Assembly: GCA_034520945.1 (NCBI GenBank)
Contig: JAXHNB010000005.1
Span: 128,001-192,000 of the forward strand
DNA length: 64,000 nucleotides
Source of the DNA: Trueperaceae bacterium
GTDB taxonomy: Bacteria; Deinococcota; Deinococci; Deinococcales; Trueperaceae
Direction: 5' to 3'
Both the position numbers and the translations under genes were made by a program. The notes below the pieces were generated by a model. The model searched no databases, was not told where the DNA came from, and was given only the letters and a program-made list of their open reading frames with translations. Below, one piece after another: positions 21,416 to 31,686 of the stretch (positions are counted from its first letter, which is position 1; each line of letters starts with the position of its first letter).

Positions 21416-22525
21416 ATGCGCACCCGTCCGCGACACGCCCGCCCCCTCTTCGCCCGCTTCGCCGCGACCTGGCTCGTCGCCGTCCTCCTCGCCGGCCTCG
21501 CCAGCGGCGCCGCGCTGGGGCAGTCGATCGGCGATCCCGCCACGGCGTTCCTGGACGCGTCCGGCGCGGTTCACGAAGGCGAGGGACGCTACCGGATCGG
21601 GTCGTGGGCGGTGCGACCGTACGCCCGCGACGAGCTGCTGGTCCGTACCGAGCTGGAGGGCACGTTGGACGAGGAAGGCATCGAGGACGCCGCGCAGGCG
21701 TTGGCGATCGCCACGGGCTACGGCGCCGGCATCGAGGACGGGATCGCGCAGTTCCTGTCGCAGCGCGCCGGCGAGCTGGCCGGCCGCGGCCAGGTGGAGG
21801 TGTCGGTCGAGGCCTACCGCCTGGGGATCGAGGTGCGGGGCGACGCGCCGTACGAGGCCACCCTGACGTTGGCGCGGCCGGCGGTGCCGCCAGAGGCGTT
21901 TCCCGAGCCGGTCGCCACGCTGGGCCCCGAGGACGCGCCGGTGGTGGTGCGCGAGTTCAGCGACTTCCAGTGCCCCTTCTGCCAGCGCTACGCCCGCGAG
22001 GTGCTGCCGGGACTGAAAGACGAGCTCGTGGCCAGCGGCGAGGTGCGCTTCGCGTTCCACCACTTCCCGTTGGACTCGATCCACGCCAACGCCTCGCCCG
22101 CCGCCGAGGCGGCGCAGTGCGTGGCCGACGCCTTCGGCCCAGGCGCATTCTGGGCGTACCACGACCTGCTGTTCGAGCGGCAGGCGGCCTGGCAGGACCT
22201 GGGCGACCCCGACGCCTACTTCGCCCGGCTGGTTCGGGACATGGAGGCGTCCCTCCCGTCCGGTCGCAGCGCCGAGGAGGCGCGCCAGGAGGTGGCGACG
22301 TGCCTAGAGGAGGGGCGCACCCGCGAGGCGGTGGCCGCGGCCTACGACGCGGCGACGCGCCTCGGGCTGTCGGGAACGCCCAGCGTGTTCGTGGGCCGGT
22401 TCCGGCTGAACGAGTTCGGCGATCCCACCGCCTATGGGCGCCTGGTGCGGCTGGAGCGGGCCTACGCGGCCACCGACCAGGCGCGCCCCGTGGAGCCCGC
22501 GGCGACGTCTGAGGGCGGCGAGTGA
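21416..22525 (+). CDS. DsbA-family thioredoxin-fold protein with N-terminal extension
   Basis: Signal peptide; EFSDFQCPFC, HHFPL, GLSGTP. Confidence 0.88.
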   Translation: MRTRPRHARPLFARFAATWLVAVLLAGLASGAALGQSIGDPATAFLDASGAVHEGEGRYRIGSWAVRPYARDELLVRTELEGTLDEEGIEDAAQALAIATGYGAGIEDGIAQFLSQRAGELAGRGQVEVSVEAYRLGIEVRGDAPYEATLTLARPAVPPEAFPEPVATLGPEDAPVVVREFSDFQCPFCQRYAREVLPGLKDELVASGEVRFAFHHFPLDSIHANASPAAEAAQCVADAFGPGAFWAYHDLLFERQAAWQDLGDPDAYFARLVRDMEASLPSGRSAEEARQEVATCLEEGRTREAVAAAYDAATRLGLSGTPSVFVGRFRLNEFGDPTAYGRLVRLERAYAATDQARPVEPAATSEGGE

Positions 22526-22600
22526 GCGGGCCTGCCCGCCCCCGCTCGGCAATTGCCTAGCGCGCCACGCGTGGCGCGCCACGCCCGGTACGCTGGGTGC

Positions 22601-23707
22601 ATGCCGAGCGTCACCGACCTTCGCCTGGATGTGGACGCCCTCGTGGCGGACCTGGTGCGGCTGCTGGACGTCCCCTCGCCGACCGGATTCACCGACGCCG
22701 CCACGGACGAGGTGGCATCCGCCGTGCACGCGCTGGGCCTGCCGACCCGGCGAACGCCGAAGGGGGCGTTGCTGTGGACGATTCCGGGCGGGGATGGGCC
22801 TCCGCGAAGCGTTGCCAGCCACATCGACACGCTGGGCGCCATGGTCAAGGAGATCAAGCCCAGCGGGCGCCTGAAACTGTCCCCGCTCGGCGGGTACGAC
22901 TGGGCCACGGTCGAGGGGGCGGAGTGCCGGCTGACCACCTTCGAGGGACGCGCCTTCACCGGCACGGTCGTGAACGTGAAGCAGTCCACGCACGTGCACG
23001 GCCCGAAGCTGCGGGACCTGAAGCGCGACCAGGACGCCATGGAGTTGCGGCTCGACGCCGAGGCGTGGAACGACGACGACGTGCGCGCCCTGGGCGTGGG
23101 GGTCGGCGACCCGGTCGCGTTCCTGGCGCGGCCCTCGGTGACGCCGTCGGGGTTCGTCAAGGGTCGCCACCTCGACAACAAGGCCTCGGTCGCGGCGTGC
23201 CTGGCGGTCACCCGGACGGTGGCCGCCTCCGGCGTGCGCCCGCCCGGTGACGTGCACGTGTTCGTGTCCAACTACGAGGAGGTCGGGCACGGCGCGGCCG
23301 CCGGCATCCCGGCGGACACGGAGGAGTTGTTGTGCCTCGACATGGCGGCCGTCGGCGAGGGGCAGCGCAGCCGCGAGGACGCCGTGACGCTGTGCGTCAA
23401 GGATGCGACCGGGCCGTACGATGCCGGCATGAACCGGGCGCTGCGCCGCCTGGCGGCCCGTGCCGACCTCCCGCTGGAGGTGGACATCTACCCGTACTAC
23501 GGATCGGACGCTTCGGCCGCCTGGCGTGCCGGCGGCCGGTGGCGCGCCGCCCTGATCGGCCCGGGCGTCGACGCGTCGCACGCGTTCGAGCGGACCCACC
23601 GCAAGGCGCTGGACGCCACCGCCCGGCTGCTTCTCGCCTGGATGCTGGCGCCGGCGGTCGGGGCCGCTGAGGCGCGCCCGGCCTCACCCGCGTCACATGT
23701 AGGCTAG
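22601..23707 (+). CDS. M42-family metallopeptidase
   Basis: PSPTG, SHIDTLG, RHLDNK, YEEVG, YGSDAS, SHAFER; leaderless TACGCT-N6-ATG. Confidence 0.9.
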   Translation: MPSVTDLRLDVDALVADLVRLLDVPSPTGFTDAATDEVASAVHALGLPTRRTPKGALLWTIPGGDGPPRSVASHIDTLGAMVKEIKPSGRLKLSPLGGYDWATVEGAECRLTTFEGRAFTGTVVNVKQSTHVHGPKLRDLKRDQDAMELRLDAEAWNDDDVRALGVGVGDPVAFLARPSVTPSGFVKGRHLDNKASVAACLAVTRTVAASGVRPPGDVHVFVSNYEEVGHGAAAGIPADTEELLCLDMAAVGEGQRSREDAVTLCVKDATGPYDAGMNRALRRLAARADLPLEVDIYPYYGSDASAAWRAGGRWRAALIGPGVDASHAFERTHRKALDATARLLLAWMLAPAVGAAEARPASPASHVG

Positions 23708-23712
23708 ACTTC

Positions 23713-24420
23713 ATGCAGATGCAGGAATACCCGAGCCTGGTGTGGCATCTCAAGAACACGCAGTTGTTCGAGGATCTCTCCGAGGACGAGTTGGAGCAAC
23801 TGTCCAAGATCACGCCGTACCGTCGCTACGGCGCCGGCGAGGTCGTCTATCACATGGAGGACCCCTCCGACGCGCTGTACTTCGTGCGGGACGGCATGGT
23901 CAAGATCTCCATGTACTTCCCGAACGGCAAGGAGATGATCCTCGGTTTGCTGGGGCAGTACGACATCTTCGGCGAGCTGTTGCTCCTCCCCAGCGAGCGC
24001 CGCCCCAACCAGGCGGAAGCGGTGGTCGACACCACGCTGATCGTGATGCCCGAGTCCGACTTCCAGCGCCTCCTGCAGCAGCAACCCCGCATCGCCATGA
24101 AGTTCATTCAGGTGATGTCGACGCGCCTGTGGCAAGCCCAGCAGTGGCAGGCCGAAGTGGGCGCCTTCGACGCACCGGGGCGTCTGGCCAACCTGCTGGT
24201 CCGCCTCAGCAGCGATTTCGGGCGCAAGGGGGAGCGCGGGGTCGAGATCGACCTGAACCTCACCCAGCAGGATCTCGCCAAGATGATCGGCGCCACCCGT
24301 GAGACCGTGAGCCACTGCCTGGCCCGGCTGTTGGAGTTCGGGGCCGTCAAGCGCCGCCGTTCCCCCATCGTGGTCGACCCGCCCGCGCTGCTTCGCTTCC
24401 TGGACGAAGCCGGCGGCTGA
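23713..24420 (+). CDS. Crp/Fnr-family transcriptional regulator
   Basis: cNMP-binding barrel (FGELLL...R) and HTH LTQQDLAKMIGATRETVS. Confidence 0.93.
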   Translation: MQMQEYPSLVWHLKNTQLFEDLSEDELEQLSKITPYRRYGAGEVVYHMEDPSDALYFVRDGMVKISMYFPNGKEMILGLLGQYDIFGELLLLPSERRPNQAEAVVDTTLIVMPESDFQRLLQQQPRIAMKFIQVMSTRLWQAQQWQAEVGAFDAPGRLANLLVRLSSDFGRKGERGVEIDLNLTQQDLAKMIGATRETVSHCLARLLEFGAVKRRRSPIVVDPPALLRFLDEAGG

Positions 24421-24466
24421 TCCCGCCGCGGCCCCGGCGGCGGGGCCGACGCGTCGAACGCCTGCG

Positions 24467-26305
24467 TCAACCGGTCGGCGCCGCCCCCTGCACCGCTTCG
24501 GGCGGAGCGAACACCACCAGGGAGCCCCCGTCGGCTTCGCGGCCCGCGGACTCTCCGGCGACGACCTCGACGCCATCCTCACGCAACCGGAACAGCGGGA
24601 TGACCTCGGCGTCCGGATCCCACGCCGGCACCTCCGACTTGCCCTTCTGCACCGGCGCGATGACGATCAAAGCCCCCTGCGCCTGCAGGCGGGCCACGTC
24701 ACGGTAGTGCGTGTGCGCACCGAACGCCAGGCGCCCACGGACGCGGGGCGGCCCAGCCCCCCGATTGCGGTCGGCGTCGCCGGGCGCCAGCTGGAACACG
24801 TTGTTCGAGCCGAACTCGCGGGCGTACTTCAGGGCGGCCAAGGTGTTGGACTCGTCGCTGGGCGTCAGCGCCAGCAGGCGTCCGACGCCGGACAGGGGCA
24901 ACTCGTCGTCCACCTGATCCGACAACACGTTGCCGTGATACGCGCGCAGCCCCTCCGCCCGGGCCGCCGCGACGTTGGTGCCGTTGGTATCCGCCAGCAG
25001 CACGTCGATCCCCTGCGCATCCAGGAACGCCGCCACCTTGCGTGCAAACGGGTGGGCGCCCAGGACGAGGAAGCCCTGCGGGACCGGTTCGGCGACGCCC
25101 AAGGCCGCCGCGACCGGGCGCGCGGTGAGGCTGCCCAATAGGACCGTCCCCACGATCACCAGGAACACCAGCGTCACCAACTGCCCGGCCTCCGCGAACC
25201 CGGCCTCCTGCAAGCGCGTCGCGAACAGCGAGCTGACCGCCGCCGCCACGATGCCGCGCGGCGCGATCCAGCTCAGGTACGCCTTCTCGCGGAGGTCCAG
25301 CGGGCTCCCGAGCGTCGACACGAACACGCTGATCGGACGGATTACCAGCACCACGGTGGCCAGCAACGCCAGCCCGGGCAGCGTCAGCGCTTCCGCCAGC
25401 TGGCTCAACTCGACGTTGGCCGCCAGCACGATGAACAACAGGCTGATGAAGAGGACGGTCAGGTCCTCCTTGAAGCTGAGGATGTAGGTGATGTTGGGCA
25501 CGCCCAGGTTGGCGATCACCATCCCCATCAGCACCGACGCCAGCAGGCCGGCCTCCGGCGCCAACGCGCTCGCGATGGCGAACGCACCGAACAGGAACGC
25601 CAGCGACACCATGTTGATCAGGTAATCGGGGAGCTTGCGCCGCCGCAGCAGCCACGCCAGCGCGGTGCCGGCCGCGACGCCGACGGCGCTGCCGACCAGC
25701 ACGAACCGCAGGAACGACAGGACCGTGCGGCCCAGGGCGACCTCCCGGGTCTCGATCAGCAGGAACTCGAACACCAGGACCGCGACCATCGCCCCGATCG
25801 CGTCGATCAGCACCCCCTCCCACTTCAGGATGTTCGCCACGCGCGCCTTGGGTCGAACGATGCGGAGGAGGGGACCGATGACGGTGGGGCCGGTGACGAT
25901 GATCAGCGCCCCGAACAGCGTCGCCAGCCCGACGGGCAGACCGATCAGGAGGTAGGCCGCCAACGCGCCGCCGAACCAGGTGATCAGCGCGCCCACGCTG
26001 ACCAGGCGCACGACCACGCCCCGGATCCCCTGCACTTCGGGAATCGTCAGCGTCAGACCGCCTTCGAACAGGATCAACCCCACCGCCAGCGACACCAGCG
26101 GGAACAGCAGCTCCTCGCCGATCAGGGCGGTGGGGTCGATCCACCCCAGCACGGGTCCGACCAGAAAACCGGTCAGCAACAGTGGCAGGATCGCCGGCAG
26201 GCGGATGCGCCACGCAGCCCACTGCGCCAGCGCGCCGAGCGCGACGATCGAAGCCACGGCCAGGGCGGGTTGAGAGGTGAGATACTCGAGCACGACGCCC
26301 ATCAT
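24467..26305 (-). CDS. Cation:proton antiporter (CPA1/NhaP-type) with TrkA-N-like domain
   Basis: About 12 TM segments; ILFEGGL, VTGPTV, WEGVLID, APRGIVAAAVS; C-terminal RCK-like domain. Confidence 0.9.
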   Translation of the reverse strand: MMGVVLEYLTSQPALAVASIVALGALAQWAAWRIRLPAILPLLLTGFLVGPVLGWIDPTALIGEELLFPLVSLAVGLILFEGGLTLTIPEVQGIRGVVVRLVSVGALITWFGGALAAYLLIGLPVGLATLFGALIIVTGPTVIGPLLRIVRPKARVANILKWEGVLIDAIGAMVAVLVFEFLLIETREVALGRTVLSFLRFVLVGSAVGVAAGTALAWLLRRRKLPDYLINMVSLAFLFGAFAIASALAPEAGLLASVLMGMVIANLGVPNITYILSFKEDLTVLFISLLFIVLAANVELSQLAEALTLPGLALLATVVLVIRPISVFVSTLGSPLDLREKAYLSWIAPRGIVAAAVSSLFATRLQEAGFAEAGQLVTLVFLVIVGTVLLGSLTARPVAAALGVAEPVPQGFLVLGAHPFARKVAAFLDAQGIDVLLADTNGTNVAAARAEGLRAYHGNVLSDQVDDELPLSGVGRLLALTPSDESNTLAALKYAREFGSNNVFQLAPGDADRNRGAGPPRVRGRLAFGAHTHYRDVARLQAQGALIVIAPVQKGKSEVPAWDPDAEVIPLFRLREDGVEVVAGESAGREADGGSLVVFAPPEAVQGAAPTG

Positions 26306-26374
26306 TTCACGTCAGGGCGGGGCGGGCGCATCACGGACGTCGCCGCCTCTGGCGGCGTCGTGCTAGCGTGCCCC

Positions 26375-26677
26375 GTGCAGCAGAAGTTTCTGGTGACCAC
26401 AGACCATGGCGAGGTGCTCGTCCGCATCGACCCCGACAAGGGCGGGCTGGAGCCCGACCTGCTGATTCTGGAAAAGCCCGACGCCGACAACGCCGCGGAC
26501 CTGCGCTCCACGGTGCCGCTGCGGGCCTTCGGCGCCAAGATGGTCGAGCTGATCGAGGCGCAAGGCGGCGACATGCCCGGCGGCGAGCGGCTGCGGCAGG
26601 TGCTGGTCCGCGAAAAGGCCAGTTCCGACCTGAACCGCATCGAACGGTGGGCCAAGGCACACGCCGGCGAAGGCTGA
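26375..26677 (+). CDS. Small hypothetical protein
   Basis: Strong coding bias; TAGCGT-N5-GTG leaderless-type start. Confidence 0.65.
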   Translation: MQQKFLVTTDHGEVLVRIDPDKGGLEPDLLILEKPDADNAADLRSTVPLRAFGAKMVELIEAQGGDMPGGERLRQVLVREKASSDLNRIERWAKAHAGEG

Positions 26678-26708
26678 GCGGGCGGCGCGGGGCCGCCCGG
26701 CCGCCGCG

Positions 26709-27167
26709 TCAGTCCTCTTCGACGACCTCGCCGAGTCCCAGCAGCACGTTCTTGTACAGCTCCAGCGAGAACGCCTCGATCGCCTCGCGGGCTTCGTCGG
26801 TGGCGAGGCCGGCGGCGACGCGTTCGTGGGCGATGCGCAGCGTGGCGGCGAGGATGGGCTCGAACAGCGGCCACGGGCCGTCGAAGCCCTCCGGCGCCCG
26901 CGGCGCCGGCTCGGCCGTGCTGGCCGCCGCCTCCGTCCCGCCTGGCGCCTCGTCCTGCGCGTCGAGGGTGCGGAGGGCCTCCTCGGCGGCGAGCCGCTCG
27001 GCCGTCCGCTTGTTGGCGCCGCGGCCGCGGCCCAGCACCTCGTCCCCTGCGCGGACCTCGGCTTCGAATTCGGGTTCGTGGTCGGGGCCGGACATGCGCG
27101 CTTCGAAGCGCGGTTGCCGGCCCTCCTTCTGCAGGCGTTCGATGAGAACGCCCTTCGGATGTGCCAT
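26709..27167 (-). CDS. Stand-alone double-stranded RNA-binding domain protein
   Basis: HPKGVLIERLQ...GPDHEPEF...GRGRGANKRTAERLAAEEAL; no RNase III catalytic domain. Confidence 0.85.
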   Translation of the reverse strand: MAHPKGVLIERLQKEGRQPRFEARMSGPDHEPEFEAEVRAGDEVLGRGRGANKRTAERLAAEEALRTLDAQDEAPGGTEAAASTAEPAPRAPEGFDGPWPLFEPILAATLRIAHERVAAGLATDEAREAIEAFSLELYKNVLLGLGEVVEED

Positions 27168-27266
27168 GGAAGTCCTTCCCGTCAGCCGCGCGGCGCCCGG
27201 CGTGCGCGTGCCGATCGGCTGACCGCGTGCACGGTAGCACGTGGGCGCGTACGCTAGGATGACGTC

Positions 27267-27932
27267 ATGACACGGCTGCTTTTGTGCGACGACCATGCGA
27301 TGTTCCGGCAGGGCCTGCGCACCATCCTCGAAACCGAGCCCGACGTCCGCGTCATCGGCGAGGCCGCCACGGGCCGGGAGGCCGTGCGGCATGCGCTCGA
27401 GACGCGTCCCGACGTGGTGCTGATGGACATCCAGATGCCCGACATCGACGGTGTCGCCGCCACCAAGGAGATCCTGGCGGAGGATCCCGACATCAAGGTG
27501 ATCATTCTCACCATGTACCGCCAGGACAAGTACGTCTTCGAAGCGATCAAGGTCGGCGCCCGCGGGTACATGCTCAAGGACGCCGACGCGAGCGACCTGC
27601 TGTCGGCGATCCGCCGCGTCGCCTCGGGCGAGACGCTCCTCAACGCCGAGCTGGCCCGCAACATCCTGGAGGAGTTCCACAAGACGGAGCAGCTGCCCGA
27701 ACTACAAGGGCAGCGCCTGAGCGAGCTGACCGAGCGCGAAGAGGAGATCCTGCGCCACATCGCGCAAGGGGAGAGCAATCAGGAGATCGCCGAGGCGCTG
27801 TCGGTGAGCGAAAAGACCGTGCGCAATCGCTTGTCCGAGATCTTCTCGAAACTGAGGCTCAACAATCGGACGCAGGCGGCGCTGTACGCCTTGCGGGAGG
27901 GGATCGCGTCGCTGCGGGACACCCAGGAGTGA
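27267..27932 (+). CDS. NarL/LuxR-family response regulator (orphan)
   Basis: DDH, MDIQMP receiver; [32 protein letters not shown]6-ATG. Confidence 0.95.
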   Translation: MTRLLLCDDHAMFRQGLRTILETEPDVRVIGEAATGREAVRHALETRPDVVLMDIQMPDIDGVAATKEILAEDPDIKVIILTMYRQDKYVFEAIKVGARGYMLKDADASDLLSAIRRVASGETLLNAELARNILEEFHKTEQLPELQGQRLSELTEREEEILRHIAQGESNQEIAEALSVSEKTVRNRLSEIFSKLRLNNRTQAALYALREGIASLRDTQE

Positions 27933-29068
27933 ACGCCCGCGGCCCCGGCGCCCGCGGCGCCGCGGGGCGCGCGCCCGCCCACGACGACGAACTCCGCAGC
28001 CTCCTCCGGCGCGTGTGCGAAGTGCCCGCCCCGACCTTCGCGGAGGAGGCCCGGGCGACCCTGGTGGCCCGGCTGTTGCGGGAGGCGACGCTCGAGGTGC
28101 GGCGCGACGCGGCCGGCAACGTGCTGGCCTGGCTGCCGGGCGGCGCGGGGCCCCGGGTGGCGCTGGCGGCCCATCTGGATACGGTGTTCGCAGCGGACGT
28201 GCCGGTCGAGGTGCGCACCGAGGGGGACCGCTGGCTCGCGCCGGGCATCGGCGACGACGCCGCCGGCGTGGCGGTGCTGCTGCACCTGGCGCGCGAGCTT
28301 GCGCGTGGAGGGGCGTCGGCGCGCCCGCGGCTCCTGTTGGCGTTCACGGTGGGGGAGGAGGGCGAGGGCGACCTGCGGGGCGCCCGCGAGGTGGTGCGGG
28401 CGCACCGCGACGAGCTGGACGTATTCGTGGCGGTCGACGGGCACCTCGGGTCGGTGGTCGACACCGGCGTCGGCTCGCGGCGGTACCGCGCCACGTTCAC
28501 GGGCCCCGGCGGGCACGCCTGGGGCGACTACCCCGCGCCCAGCGCGGTGCACGCCGCGGGCGACGCCGTCCACGCCCTGACGCGCATCCACGTGCCCGAG
28601 GCGCCCCGCAGCAGCCTCAACGTGGGGCAGCTCGGCGGCGGGACGGCAGTCAACGCCATCGCCGAGCGGGCGTGGTTGACGCTGGACCTGCGCAGCGTCG
28701 ATGCCGCTGGCCTGGACGTGCTCACGGAGGAGGCCGAACGGCGCCTGCGCAGCGTCGCGCGTCGCCACCGCGTCCAGCTGTCGCTGGCGCGGATCGGCGA
28801 CCGGCCGCCCGGTCGCTCGGACGACGGGACGCTCCGCGACGCCGCCCGGGCGGCACTTCGGTCCTTGGACCTCGAGCCCAGCGTGGGGGCCAGCAGCACC
28901 GACGCCAACGCGGCGATGGCGGAGGGCCTGCCGGCGGTGTGCATCGGCGTGTACCGCGGGGGGGACGCGCACCGCCTTGGCGAGTGGCTCGATCCCGCCT
29001 CCCTCGACCAAGGGGCGGCGATGCTGCGGGCGTTCCTCGCCGAGCTCGCGGCCCGCTGGCGGGCGTAA
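27929..29068 (+). CDS. M20/M25/M40-family metallohydrolase
   Basis: [30 protein letters not shown]. Confidence 0.88.
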   Translation: MNARGPGARGAAGRAPAHDDELRSLLRRVCEVPAPTFAEEARATLVARLLREATLEVRRDAAGNVLAWLPGGAGPRVALAAHLDTVFAADVPVEVRTEGDRWLAPGIGDDAAGVAVLLHLARELARGGASARPRLLLAFTVGEEGEGDLRGAREVVRAHRDELDVFVAVDGHLGSVVDTGVGSRRYRATFTGPGGHAWGDYPAPSAVHAAGDAVHALTRIHVPEAPRSSLNVGQLGGGTAVNAIAERAWLTLDLRSVDAAGLDVLTEEAERRLRSVARRHRVQLSLARIGDRPPGRSDDGTLRDAARAALRSLDLEPSVGASSTDANAAMAEGLPAVCIGVYRGGDAHRLGEWLDPASLDQGAAMLRAFLAELAARWRA

Positions 29069-29198
29069 CCCAGCCACGTGGACGGATCTGCCCCATCCTG
29101 ATCGGGTCATCCCTGATATTGGCTAGCTTCCTGCTAGTCTGCGATATGGCAGTCACTTCTCAAGCTCCAGCCAGTGATCTGCTCGTGAGGAGGTGGCG

Positions 29199-29447
29199 AT
29201 GACGACCGCGAAACTCGGGAGGCGTGGCCAACTCACCCTGCCACGTGAGGTCCGAGAGCGACTACGGCTCGAGGAAGGGCAGCGGATTGCCTTCGTCATC
29301 AAAGGCGATGAGGTGGTGCTGCAACCTCTCACCACGACCTTGCGTGATCTGCGGGGCTCGGTGCAGGTCGCGGAGCCACAAGACTTTGACGTGGTGCGCG
29401 AAACGGTGAAGCGGGCGCGGGCCGAGGCGGCGCTGGACGATGGCTGA
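29199..29447 (+). CDS. AbrB/MazE/SpoVT-family antitoxin
   Basis: RGQLTLPREVRERLRLEEGQRI; SD GAGGAGG. Confidence 0.9.
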   Translation: MTTAKLGRRGQLTLPREVRERLRLEEGQRIAFVIKGDEVVLQPLTTTLRDLRGSVQVAEPQDFDVVRETVKRARAEAALDDG

Positions 29448-29853
29448 ACGCTCGTTCGTCGACACCAATCTGTTCCTGAGGTATCTGACCAACGACGTTC
29501 CCGAGCAGGCGGAGGCGGTCGAGCGACTGTTGATGCGGGCCGAAGCGGGTGAGTTGAGACTCGAGACCAATCGTCTTGTCATCGCCGAGGTGGTGTGGAC
29601 GCTGGAAAGCGTTTACAAGAAGAGCAAGCGCGAGGTGCGCGAAGCGGTGCTGGCGATCCTCAACACGCCTGGCCTGGTTGTCGAGGTTTCGCAACAGGTC
29701 CTGCAGGCAGCGGTGTGGTACGAGGAGAAGAACGTGGATTTCGCCGATGCTTGCATCGCCGCGCAACTCCTTGACCAAGGGCCAGCGGCTGTGCACACGT
29801 TCAACCGCAGGCATTTCGCTCGATTTCCGCATTTGGACGTGCTTTCGCCGTGA
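29440..29853 (+). CDS. PIN-domain (VapC-like) toxin
   Basis: FVDTNLFLRYL, AEVVWTL, DFADACIA; 8-nt overlap with antitoxin. Confidence 0.9.
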   Translation: MAERSFVDTNLFLRYLTNDVPEQAEAVERLLMRAEAGELRLETNRLVIAEVVWTLESVYKKSKREVREAVLAILNTPGLVVEVSQQVLQAAVWYEEKNVDFADACIAAQLLDQGPAAVHTFNRRHFARFPHLDVLSP

Positions 29854-30013
29854 ACGAACTCGAGGGCCGCTTCGACACGGCCGTCCGCAACGTCCTGTAG
29901 ATCCTCGAACACATCGCAGCTTCCGTGTTGCCCCAACGTGGCGTTCCAGCAGCGACACGCGTCGCCACCGCGATCTACAGGGCGTGCGTAGGCAAGCAAG
30001 CTCCTAACCGCGC

Positions 30014-30484
30014 TCAACCCTCGGTGGCGTCGCCTCCGTGCGGGGTTCGCTGCTGCCTGGCGCGTTGCGCCATGTCGTCCACCTCCTCGTTCTCGGGGTG
30101 GCCGTCGTGGCCGCGGGTCCAGGACCAGCGCACGTCGTGCGTCTCGCTCAGCGCCAGCAGCCGCTGCCACAGGTCCTGGTTCTTGACGGGCGCACGGCCG
30201 GCGGTGCGCCAGCCGTTGCGTTGCCACGCGTCCAGCCAGCCGTCCGTGAACGCCTTCTTCAGATACTGACTGTCGGTCACCAGCGTGATCGTGCACGGTT
30301 CCCGCAGCGCGGCGAGCGCCTCGACGGCGGCGGTCAGCTCCATGCGGTTGTTGGTGGTGCCGGGCACGTAGCCGGCGTCCGAACGCCGGTGGGCGCCGTA
30401 GCGGATCAGGTAGGCCCAGCCGCCCTCGCCGCTGGCGGTATCGCACGACCCGTCGGTCCAGATGGTGACGTGCTTGCGCGTCAT
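30014..30484 (-). CDS. rnhA: Ribonuclease HI
   Basis: WTDGSC, TTNNRMEL, TDSQY, VKNQDLW, GHPENEEVD. Confidence 0.96.
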   Translation of the reverse strand: MTRKHVTIWTDGSCDTASGEGGWAYLIRYGAHRRSDAGYVPGTTNNRMELTAAVEALAALREPCTITLVTDSQYLKKAFTDGWLDAWQRNGWRTAGRAPVKNQDLWQRLLALSETHDVRWSWTRGHDGHPENEEVDDMAQRARQQRTPHGGDATEG

Positions 30485-30563
30485 GACGGGCAGCCTACCC
30501 GGTGCGCGGTCCTCGCGGGCCGCCGGGCGGGTCGCCAGCTGCGGGGCGGAACGCCCGGGATCG

Positions 30564-30932
30564 CTAGGCGGGCGGCGCTTCGAGCACCACCACCGCGGCG
30601 GCGTGATCGCGTGCGTGGCTCAACGATAGGTGCGCCGTCAACCCCTGATCGATCAGCGCGCGTTCGAGGGGCCGGCTCCACGCCAGGTGGGGACGGCCGT
30701 GCGTGCGCACCACCCACACGTCGCGCCACCCGTGCGAGCGGGGCCAGCACTTCTGGAACGCCTCCTTGGCGGCGAAGCGGGCGGCCAAGGACGGCACCGG
30801 ATCGTGGCGCGCGAGGCAGTAGCGGGTTTCGTCGTCGGTGAAGTGCCGGGAGAGGAACCGCTCGGGGTGAGCACGCAGCACCTTGCGGATGCGCGACAGG
30901 TCGACCAGGTCCAGCCCCACGGCGCGGATCAT
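30564..30932 (-). CDS. acpS: Holo-ACP synthase
   Basis: VGLDLV, ARFAAKEA, LSLSH. Confidence 0.93.
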   Translation of the reverse strand: MIRAVGLDLVDLSRIRKVLRAHPERFLSRHFTDDETRYCLARHDPVPSLAARFAAKEAFQKCWPRSHGWRDVWVVRTHGRPHLAWSRPLERALIDQGLTAHLSLSHARDHAAAVVVLEAPPA

Positions 30933-31618
30933 GCAGTCCGCCGCAGGGCCCGCACCCCATCAGGACCCGCCAGGTAGGCCACCTCGGCCATGCCCAGGAA
31001 CAGCCCGTGCCCCAGAACGCCGGGGATGGCGTCCAGCTCGCGCGCCAAGGCGTGAACGTCGGCGTGTTCCGGAACGCCGCAATCGAGGACGGGCTGCTGG
31101 TTGTCGGTCAAGAACGGCTCGCTCTCGCCGCCCCGCAGGCGGGGGTCCAGGCCGAGGGCCCGCAATCGCGCCGCCGTGCGGGCGACGCCGAAGGCGAGCA
31201 CCTCGACCGGCAGCGGCACGCTGCCGCCCAGGCGCTCGACCTGCTTCTCCTCGCCCCCGATGAGGACGAAGCGGGTGGCGGAGGCCGCCACCACCTTCTC
31301 GCGCAACAGCGCGCCCCCCAAGCCCTTCACCGCGTTCAGGTCGGCGTCGACCTCGTCCATGCCGTCCACCGCGACGTCCACCCCTTCCGCGGGCAGGTCC
31401 AGCAGGGGAATGCCCAGTTCGCGCGCCAGACGTTCCGTCGCGCGCGAGGTGGCCACGCCCCGCACGCCGTGCAGGGTCCCCGCCTGCGTGGCCGCGGCCA
31501 ACGCGTGCAGGAAGCGGGCCGCTGTGCTGCCGGACCCCAAGCCCAACACCGTTCCGGAGGCGACCTCCGCCACCGCCGCCTCGGCGGCGGCCGTCTTTCG
31601 TGCGCCGGTGTCGTTCAT
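30929..31618 (-). CDS. rpiA: Ribose-5-phosphate isomerase A
   Basis: GLGSGST, DGMDEVD, KGLGGALLREK, LPVEV. Confidence 0.95.
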   Translation of the reverse strand: MNDTGARKTAAAEAAVAEVASGTVLGLGSGSTAARFLHALAAATQAGTLHGVRGVATSRATERLARELGIPLLDLPAEGVDVAVDGMDEVDADLNAVKGLGGALLREKVVAASATRFVLIGGEEKQVERLGGSVPLPVEVLAFGVARTAARLRALGLDPRLRGGESEPFLTDNQQPVLDCGVPEHADVHALARELDAIPGVLGHGLFLGMAEVAYLAGPDGVRALRRTA

Positions 31619-31686
31619 GTGCGTTCAAGCGCGCGCCCGTGGCGTGGCGCGCGGTCTGCGGGCGTTCGCTGCGGATTCGTGCTCAT
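31615..31686 (-). CDS. Candidate leaderless 23-aa uORF coupled to rpiA
   Basis: TAAGCT (31694-31699), N7, ATG; MSTNPQRTPADRAPRHGRALERT*; TGA overlaps rpiA ATG (ATGA). Confidence 0.45.
   Translation of the reverse strand: MSTNPQRTPADRAPRHGRALERT

Noticed and set aside
26302..26334. Short ORF (V)MRPPRPDVK* whose TGA overlaps the antiporter ATG
   Set aside because: There is no properly spaced -10 or SD in front of it; it is likely chance.
29854..30013. Integron attC site (CCTAAC at about 30003) after the TA genes
   Set aside because: There is no matching GTTRRRY with L-box geometry, and no integrase or cassette array.
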